A stretch of 64,000 bases of DNA, from contig CM074518.1 of NCBI GenBank assembly GCA_037379345.1, positions 806,001-870,000 of the forward strand. The letters are read 5' to 3'. Each line of letters opens with the position of its first letter. The first letter of the stretch is position 1. A model generated the notes under the pieces. That model was not told where the DNA came from. It was given only the letters and a program-made list of their open reading frames with translations, and ran no database searches. Below, piece after piece: positions 11,601 through 24,200 of this stretch. Made by a program: the position numbers and the translations under genes. This DNA is from Perna viridis (Eukaryota).

Positions 11601-14600
11601 TATGAAATTATATGACAATGTCCCTTGTTATAAAAGAAAGGTTGCATTTAATGTTATTAAAAAAAAACAGAAAAAAAAGAATGAAAGTGGTAAAAGAACA
11701 ATTTTACTGTTAAAAATTTGCAAGTAGACATGTACCAAATAAAACAAATGTCATCCTTGTGAGAATCTTATGAAGTGATAAGTTTATCATAATTCAGAGC
11801 TGGATCAAGCTTTAACGGTTGTGTCAATACTTGTTGTCCAGGGTTTGACCTCAGCAGTTGTATCAAGTTGCACACAGCAAGGCATTTTATTAGAAGAATG
11901 TACATTTATTTTCACTGCCCATAATACAAAAAAAACATTGAATATTTATGGCAGATATTATTATAGAAATTATCGGTTAATGATCTTTCTGTTTTTTTTT
12001 TTTCAGTGAGGCAGCAACCAAAGTGATGATAGAGTTATTGGGTACATACACAGAAGATAATGCTTCACAAGCCAGAGATGATGCACATAGGTAAATAGTT
12101 GTACAGATAAGTCAAATCAAAGTTTAATATATAAAATAACTTTCTTTCTTTTTACTGTTGTACTTAGTTGTACAATGTTTTGTTTGTAATGTACATATAC
12201 TGTCCTAAATCACTGAGTTTGGGTATTTTTGCTCTTGTACTTAGTTGTACTGTGTTTTGTTTGTAATGTACATATACTGTCCTAAATCACTGAGTTTGGG
12301 TATTTTTACTCCATTTACACAATGAAAATGAAAACAAAAATCTTTATCATAAAAGTTTATGAATAACAAATGATTGTTCCAACACAGCGAATGGATTTAA
12401 ATTGTACATGGAACTGACATGATGACAACCATGGAGCATTTAAAGTGACAAACTTAACATATGGGATACTTATTCTTGTTTGAGGTGCTTTCACATCAGC
12501 CCCCGAGTCCTATTTAGAACATCAGTTAGATAATTATAATTTTTGCAAACCATCTCTAAGAGATGGAAATCTGATAGGGCAATTGCTTGATATCATGTTT
12601 ATTTTCAGATGTATAGTTACACACTTAGCAGACCCTGTCACATTTTTAATGGATCACCTTTTACTTTTAAAACCTGTTAAGTTCCTGGAAGGAGAACTTA
12701 TTCATGATGTAAGTAACCATTTTTAAAGATGTATTAATCTAATGGCCTATTGCTATACAAAACAAGATGGAGCCAAGGGATCCAGAAAAATCATGTGATT
12801 GTTTTATGTTCGATCATGTTACTGGCAGAAATTGTTCTGCACTTGGCAAACCAGATTTGACATCTCTACCATATATGTCAGCTTTTTTGGCATACTACTG
12901 TTTTTAGCTGTTTTTAGTCCCTTACTGGCGGCTTTAGGTTTGCACTCTGTCCATATGTCTGTCATGCTTGCCGGTATTTATTTGATATTTGGTTCATTGC
13001 TTTACCATGGCAAGTTACAAATCAAGTTCAGATTGTTCTTATTTGAATTATGGCCCTTGGACTTAAAGAATTAATACAGACTTGAAGTTACCCCCACTTT
13101 TTTTTGTTAACAAATTTCACATGAAGTTTGCATTCTTTTCTCTTCCACAAAAATTTCTTCTGGCAGGGGACTTTGTATTGCCATGCAATACTCTCAGAAT
13201 GCTGTTTTTTGTTTTGTTTTTACTCTTTGTCAGAAATTTTGTCAAAAGTTGGATAATAATTTTACATTTATAAAAGCTGTAACACATACTGTAGCAGATC
13301 TCCATTGTTCCTTTGAGTGCATGTTTTTGTTTTCATGGTTTTCAAATCTGTAATTTCAATTCCAGGCAAAATGCAAAATTTTAATTGAAAGCTTTCATGC
13401 TGTAATGATATCCACAAAATTCAAGAATACACAAACTAATTTAAAAGTTTTGACAAATCAAACAATTTTAGATTGCCATTGAAAAACTATGCTCTTAAAA
13501 TAGAAACCCCAATGAATATTTTTTTATGATTTTAGCTGTTATCCATCTTTGTATCTGGGACTATAGCACAGTACCTCCAGTTTTACAAGACAAACACGGA
13601 CTTTGTTAAATCTATAGGTAAGACTACACTGAGTTGTAATTATCTCCCCTTTAACCTTTATTTTTGTGTTTATTGAATATTTGTACAAAGTTATGTTGTA
13701 AATGATGTGAAGAAAAGGGAATTAGGGTTTCAATATCACTGATTGAATACAAAAGAGATTGCTAAATGTTTTCAAATGCATGTTTATATATAAGTTGTTA
13801 AGAGTGTTTAAAAATTGAATGTATGATAAATTTTCCTATTCAAAATGTTGTAAGATTTCAAAACAACTAGAAAAACAACTTGTCTTGTACACATTAAACT
13901 TATGTTAACAGGTCTGTCTCATGAAGAAAACTTAAGGAAAATGAGAATGTTGACATTTATCCAGATGGCAGAGAATAAAAAAGAACTGGACTATAGTCTT
14001 GTCCAACAGGAATTGAACCTTGAAGAAAATGAAATGGAAGATTTCATTATTGATAGTAGGAATTTATTTATACATTATGTAAACAATTGTATTTGAAAAG
14101 TTACTTTGAAAAATTCTTGGTTCAAATTCTAAAAGAGAAAAAAAGTGAGATATTCAGTCAATAAATTATTTGGCTTGCCTCTGAGTGCAGTATACAATTT
14201 TGGAAGTTGTGTTATATGTTGGAATTACTCAAGTTTCTGCAGTGTTAAAAAACTTATTTGTGTAGAAAATGACAAAAGCATTTTTATATACATATTACCT
14301 TGTTTGATATTCCGAGTTGGAGATTTTCTTTTTATCTTTATTTACAGTTAAGTTCTATAATGATTTGGTCTTATCATCATGAACATTTTAGGCATTTACA
14401 CCATAAATACATGCTGTTTTATGAGTCTGATTGGAACAGCAGTGTTGTATTGACAGATGTTCTTTGTTTCTGACCTGAATTGAATTGATGTCTCAATTTC
14501 CTTTGTATTTTGCAGTCTGTCCTATCACTATTTCTATTTCCAATCAGTAATAGTTAAAATTGATTATTTTTTTTCAGTATTAAGAACCAAGTCAGTTCGA

Positions 14601-14783
14601 GTTAAGATTGATCAGATGCAGAAGAAAGTAGTTATCCACTCAGCTATCCACCGACAGTTTGGTAGACAACATTGGCAGATGATTCAACAGACATTACTCC
14701 ATTGGAAAGACAACTTGGATCAAGTTCAAACCAGTTTGAAGCAGCTGGATATGTTACATGCAGCACAAATTGGGGCCCAGTAA
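2655..14783 (+). CDS. EIF3M: Eukaryotic translation initiation factor 3 subunit M (PCI domain), 10 coding exons, 385 aa
   Basis: Hand-spliced GT-AG exons: 2655-2696, 8467-8605, 10407-10548, 10920-11043, 11313-11407, 12007-12090, 12609-12708, 13536-13617, 13912-14055, 14578-14783 (1158 nt, phases consistent, ends TAA). The translation [23 protein letters not shown]...[32 protein letters not shown]...[21 protein letters not shown]...[24 protein letters not shown] matches eIF3m motifs as I recall them. Confidence 0.96.
2997..3355. promoter_or_regulatory. Candidate bidirectional promoter in eIF3m intron 1 with mirrored Forkhead + X-box modules and a ZNF143-like site
   Basis: Minus side: GTAAACAA, ATCCCCTAGAAAC (3041-3029), aacATGG (3024), donor GTAAG at 2996. 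Plus side: GTAAACAA (3210), ATCTCCTAGCAAC (3219-3231), aacATGGCG (3247), donor GTAAGT at 3350. ATGCATTCTGGG at 3168-3179. Locally CpG-rich. Confidence 0.5.
3495..4136 (-). mobile_element. Possible decayed pogo/Tc1-like DNA transposon remnant
   Basis: 4005-4136 has GGTTGC..ACAGG-type terminal repeats typical of pogo-like ends. Minus-strand 3500-3830 weakly resembles DDE_1 motifs (IFVNG.., ILAMP..HT). Similarity judged by eye only. Confidence 0.3.
4716..5022 (+). repeat. Dispersed ~310 bp repeat (non-autonomous element end), inverted copy at 27707-28033
   Basis: CCAGGGTTCTCCATGACCTCTTTTTGCAT...ATAAATCAATATGATTGGCA...GTGTCAGGGAGTGAAA aligns to the reverse complement of 27707-28033. Confidence 0.75.
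5505..5587. repeat. Perfect 20-bp inverted repeat (hairpin), likely the end of a non-autonomous element
   Basis: AATAACATAAATTTTCCATG (5505-5524) / CATGGAAAATTTATGTTATT (5568-5587). Confidence 0.7.
5625..7830 (-). mobile_element. 5'-truncated, decayed CR1/L2-group LINE in eIF3m intron 1
   Basis: ORF pieces [22 protein letters not shown]...LLYADD (6751-7140), then 6464-6736 (YCSEIWG) and 6169-6510. Upstream [10 protein letters not shown] at about 7220-7250. AATAAA near 5630. Confidence 0.88.
7843..8208. repeat. Minisatellite, 28/36-bp units (TAGAGCTGTGGCCTGGGGAAGAGTTCTC)
   Basis: About 12 visible tandem copies abutting the truncated 5' end of the LINE. Confidence 0.9.
8671..9881 (+). repeat. 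Inverted segmental duplication, copy A (eIF3m intron 2)
   Basis: Reverse complement of 19455-21195 but lacking about 20237-20779. The ORF track shows the shared peptides [17 protein letters not shown] and YISKTVRFS...KSYCP on opposite strands. Confidence 0.9.
9888..10096. repeat. Three-copy tandem repeat, ~68-bp unit
   Basis: TGTATCTGTCTAYTTACTGTTTA...GCTCCATCTGGAATT repeated three times. Confidence 0.8.
10218..10377. mobile_element. Short TTAAGG...CCTAA-bounded MITE-like element
   Basis: TTAAGGC..AAAATAATATTCATTTCCCC and GGGGAAAC..TCATTTTAATTTTCGCCTAA form imperfect terminal inverted repeats. Confidence 0.45.
12157..12310. repeat. Two-copy ~77-bp tandem duplication
   Basis: TTGTACTTAGTTGTAC...GAGTTTGGGTATTTTT occurs twice. 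Confidence 0.8.
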
Positions 14784-14816
14784 GGGGACATTAAAACATT
14801 TTGTCTGTTGTTGGAA

Positions 14817-14899
14817 AATAAAGTGCTCATCAGTTTATGTAAAGTTGATTGAAGTAGTTTACCATACTTGTAAGAATATCAAATTTTGAGATGAATAAA
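14817..14899 (+). terminator. Candidate eIF3m polyadenylation signals (AATAAA at 14817 and 14894)
   Basis: Two AATAAA hexamers 34 and 111 nt after the stop codon. Confidence 0.55.
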
Positions 14900-15037
14900 A
14901 ACTTGAAATCAATCTGTTTGAATTCTGTGCACAGATTATGAAATCTCATCTTTCAGGCAATTAAATGTACCATATATACCATGTACCATTTTTTGTAGTA
15001 TTTAAGGCCAAAAAACTCTGACCTATAAGATAATAAA

Positions 15038-17366
15038 ATGCTACACGAGGTGCAGCTTGTTACTGACACAGAGGTCTCACCCTGATTGTGATGCTGCTCG
15101 AGGTGCAGCTTGCTACTAACACAGAGGTCTCACCCTGATTGTGATGCTACGCAAGGTGCAGCTTGCTATTAACACAGAGGTCTCACCCTGATTGTGATGC
15201 TACGCGAGGTGCAGCTTGCTACTAACACGGAGGTCTAACCCTGATTGTGATGCTACGTGAGGTGCAGCTTGCTACTAACACAGAGGTCTAACCCTGATTG
15301 TGATGCTGCTTGAGGTGCAGCTTGCTACTAAAACAGAGATCTCACCCTGATTGTGATGCTGCTCGAGGTGCAGCTTGTTACTAACACAGAGGTCTAACCC
15401 TGATTGTGATGCTACGCGAAGTACAGCTTGCTACTAACACAGAGGTCTAACCCTGATTGTGATGCTACGTGAGGTGCAGCTTGCTACTAACACAGAGGTC
15501 TCGCCCTGATTGTGATGCTACGCGAAGTGCATCTTGCTACTAACACAGAGGTCTAACCCTGATTGTGATGCTGCTCAAGGTGCAGCTTGCTACTAACACA
15601 GAGGTCTAACCCTGATTGTGATGCTACATGAGGTGCAGCTTGCTACTAACACAGAGGTCTCACCCTGATTGTGATGCTGCTCGAGGTGTAGCTTGCTACT
15701 AACACAGAGGTCTAACCCTGATTGTGATGCTCCACGAGGTGCAGCTTGCTACTAACACAGAGATCTCACCCTGATTGTGATGCTGCTCGAGATGCAGCTT
15801 GTTACTAACACAGAGGTCTAACCCTGATTGTGATGCTACGCGAGGTGCAGCTTGCTACTAACACAGAGGTCTAACCCTGATTGTGATTATACGCGAGGTG
15901 CAGCTTGCTACTAACACAGAGGTCTAACCCTGATTGTGATGCTACACAAGGTGCAGCTTGCTACTAACAGAGAGGTCTCACCCTGATTGTGATGCTACAT
16001 GAGGTGCAGCTTGCTACTAACACAGAGGTCTCACCCTGATTGTGATGCTGCTCGAGGTGTAGCTTGCTACTAACACAGAGGTCTAATCCTGATTGTGATG
16101 CTACACGAGGAGCAGCTTGCTACTAACACAGAGGTCTAACCCTGATTGTGATGCTGCTCGAGATGCAGCTTGTTACTAACACAGAGGTCTAACCCCGATT
16201 GTGATGCTACGCGAGGTGCAGCTTGCTACTAACACAGAGGTCTAACCCTGATTGTGATGCTGCTCAAGGTGCAGCTTGCTACTAACACAGAGGTCTAACC
16301 CTGATTGTGATGCTACATGAGGTGCAGCTTGCTACTAACACAGAGGTCTCACCCTGATTGTGCTGCTCGAGGTGTAGCTTGCTACTAACACAGAGGTCTA
16401 ACCCTGATTGTGATGCTCCACGAGGTGCAGCTTGCTACTAACACAGAGATCTCACCCTGATTGTGATGCTGCTCGAGATGCAGCTTGTTACTAACACAGA
16501 GGTCTAACCCTGATTGTGATGCTACGCGAGGTGCAGCTTGCTACTAACACAGAGGTCTAACCCTGATTGTGATTATACGCGAGGTGCAGCTTGCTACTAA
16601 CACAGAGGTCTAACCCTGATTGTGATGCTACACAAGGTGCAGCTTGCTACTAACAGAGAGGTCTCACCCTGATTGTGATGCTACATGAGGTGCAGCTTGC
16701 TACTAACACAGAGGTCTCACCCTGATTGTGATGCTGCTCGAGGTGTAGCTTGCTACTAACACAGAGGTCTAATCCTGATTGTGATGCTACACGAGGAGCA
16801 GCTTGCTACTAACACAGAGGTCTAACCCTGATTGTGATGCTGCTCGAGATGCAGCTTGTTACTAACACAGAGGTCTAACCCTGATTGTGATGCTACGCGA
16901 GGTGCAGCTTGCTACTAACACAGAGGTCTAACCCTGATTGTGATGCTACGCAAGGTGCAGCTTGATACTAACACAGAGGTCTAACCCCGATTGTGATGCT
17001 GCTCGAGGTGCAGCTTGATACTAACAGAGGTCTCACCCTGATTGTGATGCTACGGGAGGTGCAGCTTGTTACTAACACAGAGGTCTAACCCTGATTGTGA
17101 TACTATGCGAGGTGCAGCTTGATACTTACAGAGAGGTCCAACCCTGATTGTGATGCTGCTTGAGGTGCAGCTTGCTACTAACACAGAGGTCTAACCCTGA
17201 TTGTGATGCTACGCGAAGTGCAGCTTGCTACTAATACAGAGGTCTAACCTTGATTGTGATGCTGCTCGAGGTGCAGCTTGCTACTAACACAGAGGTCTAA
17301 CCCTGATTGTGATGCTACGTGAGGTGCAGCTTGCTACTAACATAGAGGTCTAACCCTGATTGTGAT
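15038..17366. repeat. 53-bp minisatellite, ~44 copies, with a 13-mer higher-order duplication
   Basis: Unit TGCTACRCGAGGTGCAGCTTGCTACTAACACAGAGGTCTMACCCTGATTGTGA. Diagnostic variants recur at about 689 bp spacing. Confidence 0.95.
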
Positions 17367-19454
17367 TAGACATTTGACATAAGAATTTTGACCTCAAATG
17401 CCTTAATGATTCAAATCAAAACCTCTAAAATCAATCCCCATCTTCCTCGAGTATGTTACTTAGTTGTGAATTTCGAAGAGATCCATTCCCTTTTATTAGA
17501 AAAAGTCTTGTTTCTGACCCATTCTTAATTGGCTCAAGTCACAATTCCAAAAACCAATACCAGTCTCCTTTTGAGCTATGGCTCCTTGTTGTACAATTTA
17601 AAAGAGATCCATTCACTTTTACTTAAGTTATTGTCTGGACATCATGAAAACCCTTGCTCTTGGTCCCTTATTCACAACTGGTTCATCATAGCCCACAAAA
17701 TGAATCCAAGCCTGCCTTAGTTGATATAGTAGCTTGTGGTACAATTGTTTAACAATCCATTTACTTTAATATAGTCAATTTCATATCTAGACATCAGGAA
17801 AATGCTTGTTGAAGTTCCACATTCTTAAACTGTTCATGTCATAACCCCAAAATCAATCCCAGTCTGGAGAAAAACATTGAAAAGCAGTTTCTTTGACAAC
17901 TGGATTTATATAGTAAAATTGTTTGAAATGCTTGTTTTTGACCCTTAATTCCAAAACAGCCCAGGAAATCAATATCATCCTTCCTTGTAATAAAATTTGA
18001 TAAAGATCTACCAACAAATATTAATGTGATCACAAGAAAACCAAATGTCTACAGACCATTTGTTGCAATAGGTCCAAAATTAAACTGTTTATTTCATTAA
18101 AAATTGAATGTTTGGGGTACTATTGTTAAATCTAACCCTATATAGGATCTAGGAAAAGAAGCTATAATTGATATTAATTTGAATTTATTGTGTTAACTTA
18201 CAGCAAAGTACATTGCACAGATCAGTACACAAGTTGCTATCATTCACCAATTTAAGTACCAGTCCATATAAAATTAGGCATAACAATCATGACTATTTAC
18301 CAACATTTGAATTGTGATAATACTAAAAATACATGTTTAATGCCTGGCTAGTCTTTGAAGTGAGGAATAAAGAAGAGCACAAATATAATCAGTTTCAGTT
18401 CTGAATGAGTATGGTGGTGTAAGGTACCATTTTTTCATGAAATAGTATTAAACGCTACCTATTTCTACCCCATCCGAAGTCTTCATGACTCTTGACATCA
18501 TGAAGACAGATACATGTTGACTTTTTAACCTTAACAAGCTTGTAACAATGCACATTGACTTCAGCAAAATGTAAATAGAAAGTGAAAGAAAAATTAAGAA
18601 AATATAAAAATTGAAAACAATGAGGTAAAAATGTCAACTGAAACAAAACAAACATTTCATCATCACCATTCACAATAAATAATACATGACAGTAAAAATA
18701 CTGGATAAACAATGACTAAACAGTCATTGAAATAATAATAAAATTCTGAGTTACTTCTTAAAGTTTAAATAAACGAATGACTATTTATAATAATGGTGTG
18801 TATGGTATAAGAATTTTGGCTGTACACACTATATTTTATTATATGAGGTGGATTATAATAGAATGAAAAGCCAAACACAAGTTAATTTTAATAAACTACT
18901 CAATCCATTTGAATAACAATAAAATGAATGGGTGATAGCAGAGGTGATGATTTTGATAGAGTACTAGACTAATCTTTAGGTTACATAAAATGAAAATACC
19001 AGTGCATGGTTAGATTTAGTATACATCTATCAAAGAACCCAAAGAAATTATTTTTTGTTAAAATTATACAAAGTTCTTAACTTTTATTTCAGACTCGCTG
19101 AAATTCAAAATAGAGCTCAAAATTGTGGTCAAACACATTTTAATTTTGAATGCTTATCACTTTAACAACCTATCAAGAGGTTCCCAGGAGCCTGAATCAC
19201 TCACCTGGTTGAATTTTACCTTTCAAGGGCAATAATTTAACAAGCAGTTGTCCCACAATTTTGACTCAAGAAGACTTTGGTAGGAATTATCATGTTTTCA
19301 TGAAATAAGTTGACAGGATAAAAAAGTTAATTATTTCTTTTTTCAATCAGAAAACATGGTTTTATTGAAATATATGAAATAAACAAAACAAGGGACTCAG
19401 TATACATCTTAAATACTGAATTAAACAGTAACCAGTTGGAAATAATTTACATAA

Positions 19455-21195
19455 CATTTTTGTTGTTGAAATACACTTGACATATGATGGATACAAACCC
19501 AACATAAAATTAATGTGATAAGAGAGGTCAGTTTTGACTGGCTACATTTATACAATTTAGTATGTTTATATGAATAAAATTAAAATATGCAGGGCATTTT
19601 CAACCTATTATGAAATTTACATCTTTCTTTCACCATATTCTTTAACTGCACTATAAAATGTTAAGGGATTGATTTTAAAGCTAATTAAATGAATAAACAT
19701 CAATTTTTATTTATATTTATCACTTTTCTTGTGTTAATGCAATAAAAAGTCAGAGAACAATATCAGTCTTCAAACAACAAGCCCAAGCCCTTAATCTAAA
19801 AAGAACTTCATATAGGATACACTGGTTTGGAAGCTAAGTTTCTGCAAGCCAGCTGCTACTTTTACCAGCATTGGCTGGTGGGCTGATCCCAATTTCAAAG
19901 ACTGCAAAATCATTCATATAACACTTTAGCATGTTGAGTATCTAAACAAGAGGCTCCTAGGAGCCTGAATGGCTCACCTTGTTAAATTTTACCTTTTAAG
20001 GGCAATCAATTTGACAATATGTCCAACAATTTTTGACTCAAGAAGACTTTAGTAGGACTTATCAAAAGGATCATTACAGAAAAAAAAATCATTTTTCACC
20101 ATTATTCAAGGGCAGTAACTCTTACAAGGAGTCGTCTGACAATTTTTATCCCTAGAGACTTTTGTTAGCCTTATAATAAGGATCATTTTAGCAATTGAAA
20201 GAATTGGACTGAACCTAACAGTTTTGGAGATATAATATGCGAAAACTACTGTCTGACCCCTATGTTCTATTTTTAGTAATTCCAGCCATGTTTTCCCACA
20301 AATGATAAATCCCACGTCAGTTCTATGCAGGATACCCCAAGGAATATTCATAACAAGTTTGGTTCTAATTGGTCTTGTAGTTCCAGAGAAGATATTTGAT
20401 GAAAATAACATTTAAAATAGCAAAATAATGTGGAAAAAGAGCAATAACTCCAACATGGCTCAACAGATTAATAAGAAAATTTGACCACAGATAGATCTCA
20501 TCATGCTGAACACTTTTATCCTCAGTCAGAATATAGCTAAACCTAACAGTTACGGATACATATGCGAAAAACTACTGTCTTACCCCTAAGTTCTATTTTA
20601 AGTAATGGCGGCCATGTTTTTCAATGGATCGAAAATCCCCACATCCATCTCTATGCAAGATACCCAAGGAACATTCATATCAAGTTGTGGGTCAACAACG
20701 GACACCAAGTGATGGCAATCGCTCACATGACCCTTGGCCAGGTGAGCTAAAAAACAAAGCTTCATTTCTGAATGAACTTTGTATTCTGCTCCAAGGACAG
20801 CAAAGCTGCATGCTTTAAGGAAGTTTTTCAGAGGGTGTCCATGAAAGACCCAGGCAGTGGGTACCACATGTCAAATTTGGTTTCCAAAAATTTGTCATCC
20901 ATTAGAAATCACAAACTTGTGTTTTATAAAAAAAATAATGTTGGTTTGTCATTAACTGAAATGTTAAGAATGACAAAAATTACAAAGAAAGCACAGAAAC
21001 TTTAGAATAAAGGCAATAACTCTTTGATCTATTCATAATTGAGTGAATTTGTCAGGGAGCACTGAACACATTCTGAGACACCTATTTTTTGATACAGAAA
21101 AATCCCCATTTCCCCTAACATAACCAACATTGGTGAGATGTACACTGTGCTATCGTAGGATATGGCCAGTTTTCAGATTTCTCCACACAATCCAA
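19455..21195 (-). repeat. Inverted segmental duplication, copy B (immediately 3' of the BDP1 stop), containing an intact HINE-like element
   Basis: Matches 8671-9881 in reverse orientation, with about 543 bp extra. Confidence 0.9.
19944..20755 (+). mobile_element. HINE/Helentron-like non-autonomous element
   Basis: 5' AACAAGAGGCTCCTAGGAGCCTGAATGGCTCACC, internal duplicated segments, CAA microsatellite, 3' GCTCACATG...CAGGTGAGCTAAAAAA hairpin end. Classified from architecture only. Confidence 0.6.
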
Positions 21196-21259
21196 ATGAA
21201 GACTTTCTCAGAAATCTTTGTTAATTAGATAGTTAAAATGGATATAAAATTAAGATTCA

Positions 21260-24200
21260 TCATGACTTTTTCAAAGACTTTCTACAACCAACATTTTTGC
21301 TTAAGACATTAATATCCAAAAATTTTTTATCGCCACTGGGTCTGAATTCATTCTCAATGGCAATATTTTGAGATTCATCATTTGGGTTTACAGCTACAAC
21401 TTGATATAATGGTTGATCAGAGTCAGATGAACTCTGACCTTTCTCTTCCGAACCTTTCTGAGGTGTTGCAATTTTACTAGCATTAATGTCAATTACATTG
21501 ATAAAATCATCACAATTATTTTGAGTCACATTGTCAGTAGTCTGTTCAGCAATGAGAAATGGTAGACTTCCTTGTTCAGATGTATCACCATCCCCGATTG
21601 GTTGATTAGACTGTTCTGAAATGTCAGCTTGTTCACTATTGGCTGACGAGTTTTGAATATTTGTTTGGTTTTGAAGCTGATAAACATGAATGACTGTATC
21701 TCCCTTGCCATCCTCTGTTGTATGGTAAACTAGAACCAGAGGTGAATTGTTAGAATCCTGAGTAATCTGAATGTTTGTATTAGGTGGAAAATCAGCAGGA
21801 TTAATTGTGATTGGTTCATCTGGCCTTGGTGTGACCTGTGACTTTTGAGGTCGTTGTGGTGACAGAATTTCTGAGTCACTCATGGTGACCTGTTCTTCTA
21901 AACTGTCCTTGTCAGTATCTTCTTCTTGTGATAAGCAAAATGGTGGAACAAAAGGTGCAGAGTCATTCCTTTTGTATGGGCTAAAGCTAAAATAATATAA
22001 AAGCACTGTTAGTCCTAAGTATACACAGGATTCACTACATGTATTAAATGAGATTGGTTTTGAGTTATCAACTTGTTTTAAATTCATTTTATTTCTGTCA
22101 AAACTACATTTTTTCTTTTGTCTAAAGATCAGCTTTAAAAAGTAATAAACCTCTATAGACATTTGATTTTACACCAAGATAAGGTACCAAGGGATGGACT
22201 TAAAATAATAAGTAGAAAATAATATTGAACCACTACTACAAAATTAAAACTGATCTCTAAGCAATATCTTGTATACATTTTCCCACACTTAGTTCACCGA
22301 AACAAAAAGCTCTGGGGGTATCACTACAATGATTATATTGCCTAACATTGCCTATATTCTCCCAATCAGTCATATAAACATACCTGTTTTCCTCTTAACA
22401 ATATTGGCTGACATATAATTGGAAATGGACATTTAAACCTAGTTAGGTCTGACAAAGAATAGATTGTTTATTCTTCATTATCACAAGTTAATATGCACAT
22501 ACTTGACTTGCAGATATCAGTACACATTGTATAAAGTACTGAAAAATCTGTGTAAACTTTTGATAAACCTATGAGATTGTTAAAAAAGTAATTGTTGAAC
22601 AGAGTAATCAAAATATTTACAGTGACGTACATATAATAAGTTCTCCTTAATATGGCTGTAGCAAAATTTTGAAGGTTTTCAAAGTATTTAGATCATTTCA
22701 CACAGTTCAGTATATACCCCAGATTAGACAAGGTAAATCTACATACCTGACAGGTGTTTTAACAGGTGTAACAGGAATGTTAACAGTATCAAGGGAATCT
22801 TCATCTTCATCTTCATCATAAATGGTCTTTCTACTCTTCCTTTCCCTGGTTCCTCTTCGTCTTTCAACTGGTTCTGAAAAATTGATATTTTCATGTACAT
22901 GTATATACTAACATTAACATACTGATCTTGGCAGTATTTGTATGAAGTATGGAGATAATTAAGGCCCAATTAAACTAGTCTTTGGAGTTTGTCCCAAGGG
23001 CAGTATTTTGTTCTATGTATTTGCTAGAGATAAAGGGAGGAACAAGGCCCAATTAAACTAGTCAGGAACCTCTAGTCTTGTCTGATTCTGGTTTGTAGTA
23101 CATGTAGTATCATTGAACCAGTATATTTGTTGTCTCAGGGGCAAGTTGAACGTAAACTCCGGATGTCGAAATTTTCTCACCATTTATTGAAGGCCTGTAG
23201 GATTGTTGTCTCTTTGACACATTCTCTTTTTCCACTTTCTTTCTCAACAGTTAATCTTACAGTTTTTGACGTATTAATATTTTTGTGTCTTGAGATTGGC
23301 TGGAAGATAAACTGCATGACATCAATGCATGTTTTACCTAAGGCATTACCTGATTTGGCTGGAAGATAAACTGCATGACATCAATGCATGTTTTAACTAA
23401 GACATGACCTGATTCCAACTTAGTTTTTACGAAGTCATTACCTGATTCCACCTTAGTTTTTACAAAGTCAATACCTGATTCCACCTTAGTTTTTATGAAA
23501 TCCTTACCTGATTCCACCTTAGTTTTAGTTATCTTCTCTTTTTTCTTCTCAAGCCTCTGTAACTTTGCCTTCTTTATTTTTTCTTCTGATTCCTTTTTCT
23601 TTCTCTTTTCCTCTTGTTTATCAAGCTCAGCTTCTCTTTCAAAGAAAGACATGTCAAAAGGCTTCTTATTTTCTGAGGAAGAAAAACAAATCTGAACTTT
23701 AGTATTTGTAAATCATCTATGTACTAACATCATCTCTAAAATTATCTAGCTCATTTAAATTTCTTGAAATTTTAACATGTATCATGAGACTGATTTCAAT
23801 GAACATATAATAGCTCCATTAACAGAACTTTTGATCACTAAGATGTTTTACATCTGTTATCAGAATGTCATGAAATAAAACATGTTGCTGATTTTTACAG
23901 AATTACTTCCCTTAGGTGTTGTGTAAACTCAAGCATACATTGTTATCAGGAATTAAAAAAATAAAACTAATTACTAACAAAAGCATAGTAAACATAAAGT
24001 TATAGAATAACAAAAGATAGTTTGATTCAACTGAAAAGAAAATGCAAAAATAAAACAACTATCATTCTGTTTGCACTAAAACTAAACATGTACATTTTGA
24101 CAGAAAACTGTCAAAATAACCTGTCCAAAAATGTAGCAATTTACATTAACACCCTTGGACTAAGACCCATGCACTGTTTAAAACTTCCGATTTAGACCCA

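Noticed and set aside
15233-15242. Telomere-like CTAACCCT in the 53-bp satellite
   Set aside because: It is a single 8-mer per unit, polymorphic with CTCACCCT, and not a TTAGGG tract.
15038-17366. CRISPR-like appearance of the long regular arrays (also 24150-25453, 26445-27706, 62770-64000)
   Set aside because: Units are head-to-tail with no unique spacers, there are no cas genes, and the context is eukaryotic.
18479-18508. Hairpin GTCTTCATGA-N9-TCATGAAGAC as a possible SECIS
   Set aside because: The geometry does not fit SECIS (no correctly spaced apical AA and GA quartet), and no in-frame UGA is needed in the adjacent genes.
21987-22162. N-terminal part of the 300-aa ORF 21260-22162 as a separate gene
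   Set aside because: It is intronic read-through upstream of the BDP1 last-exon acceptor.
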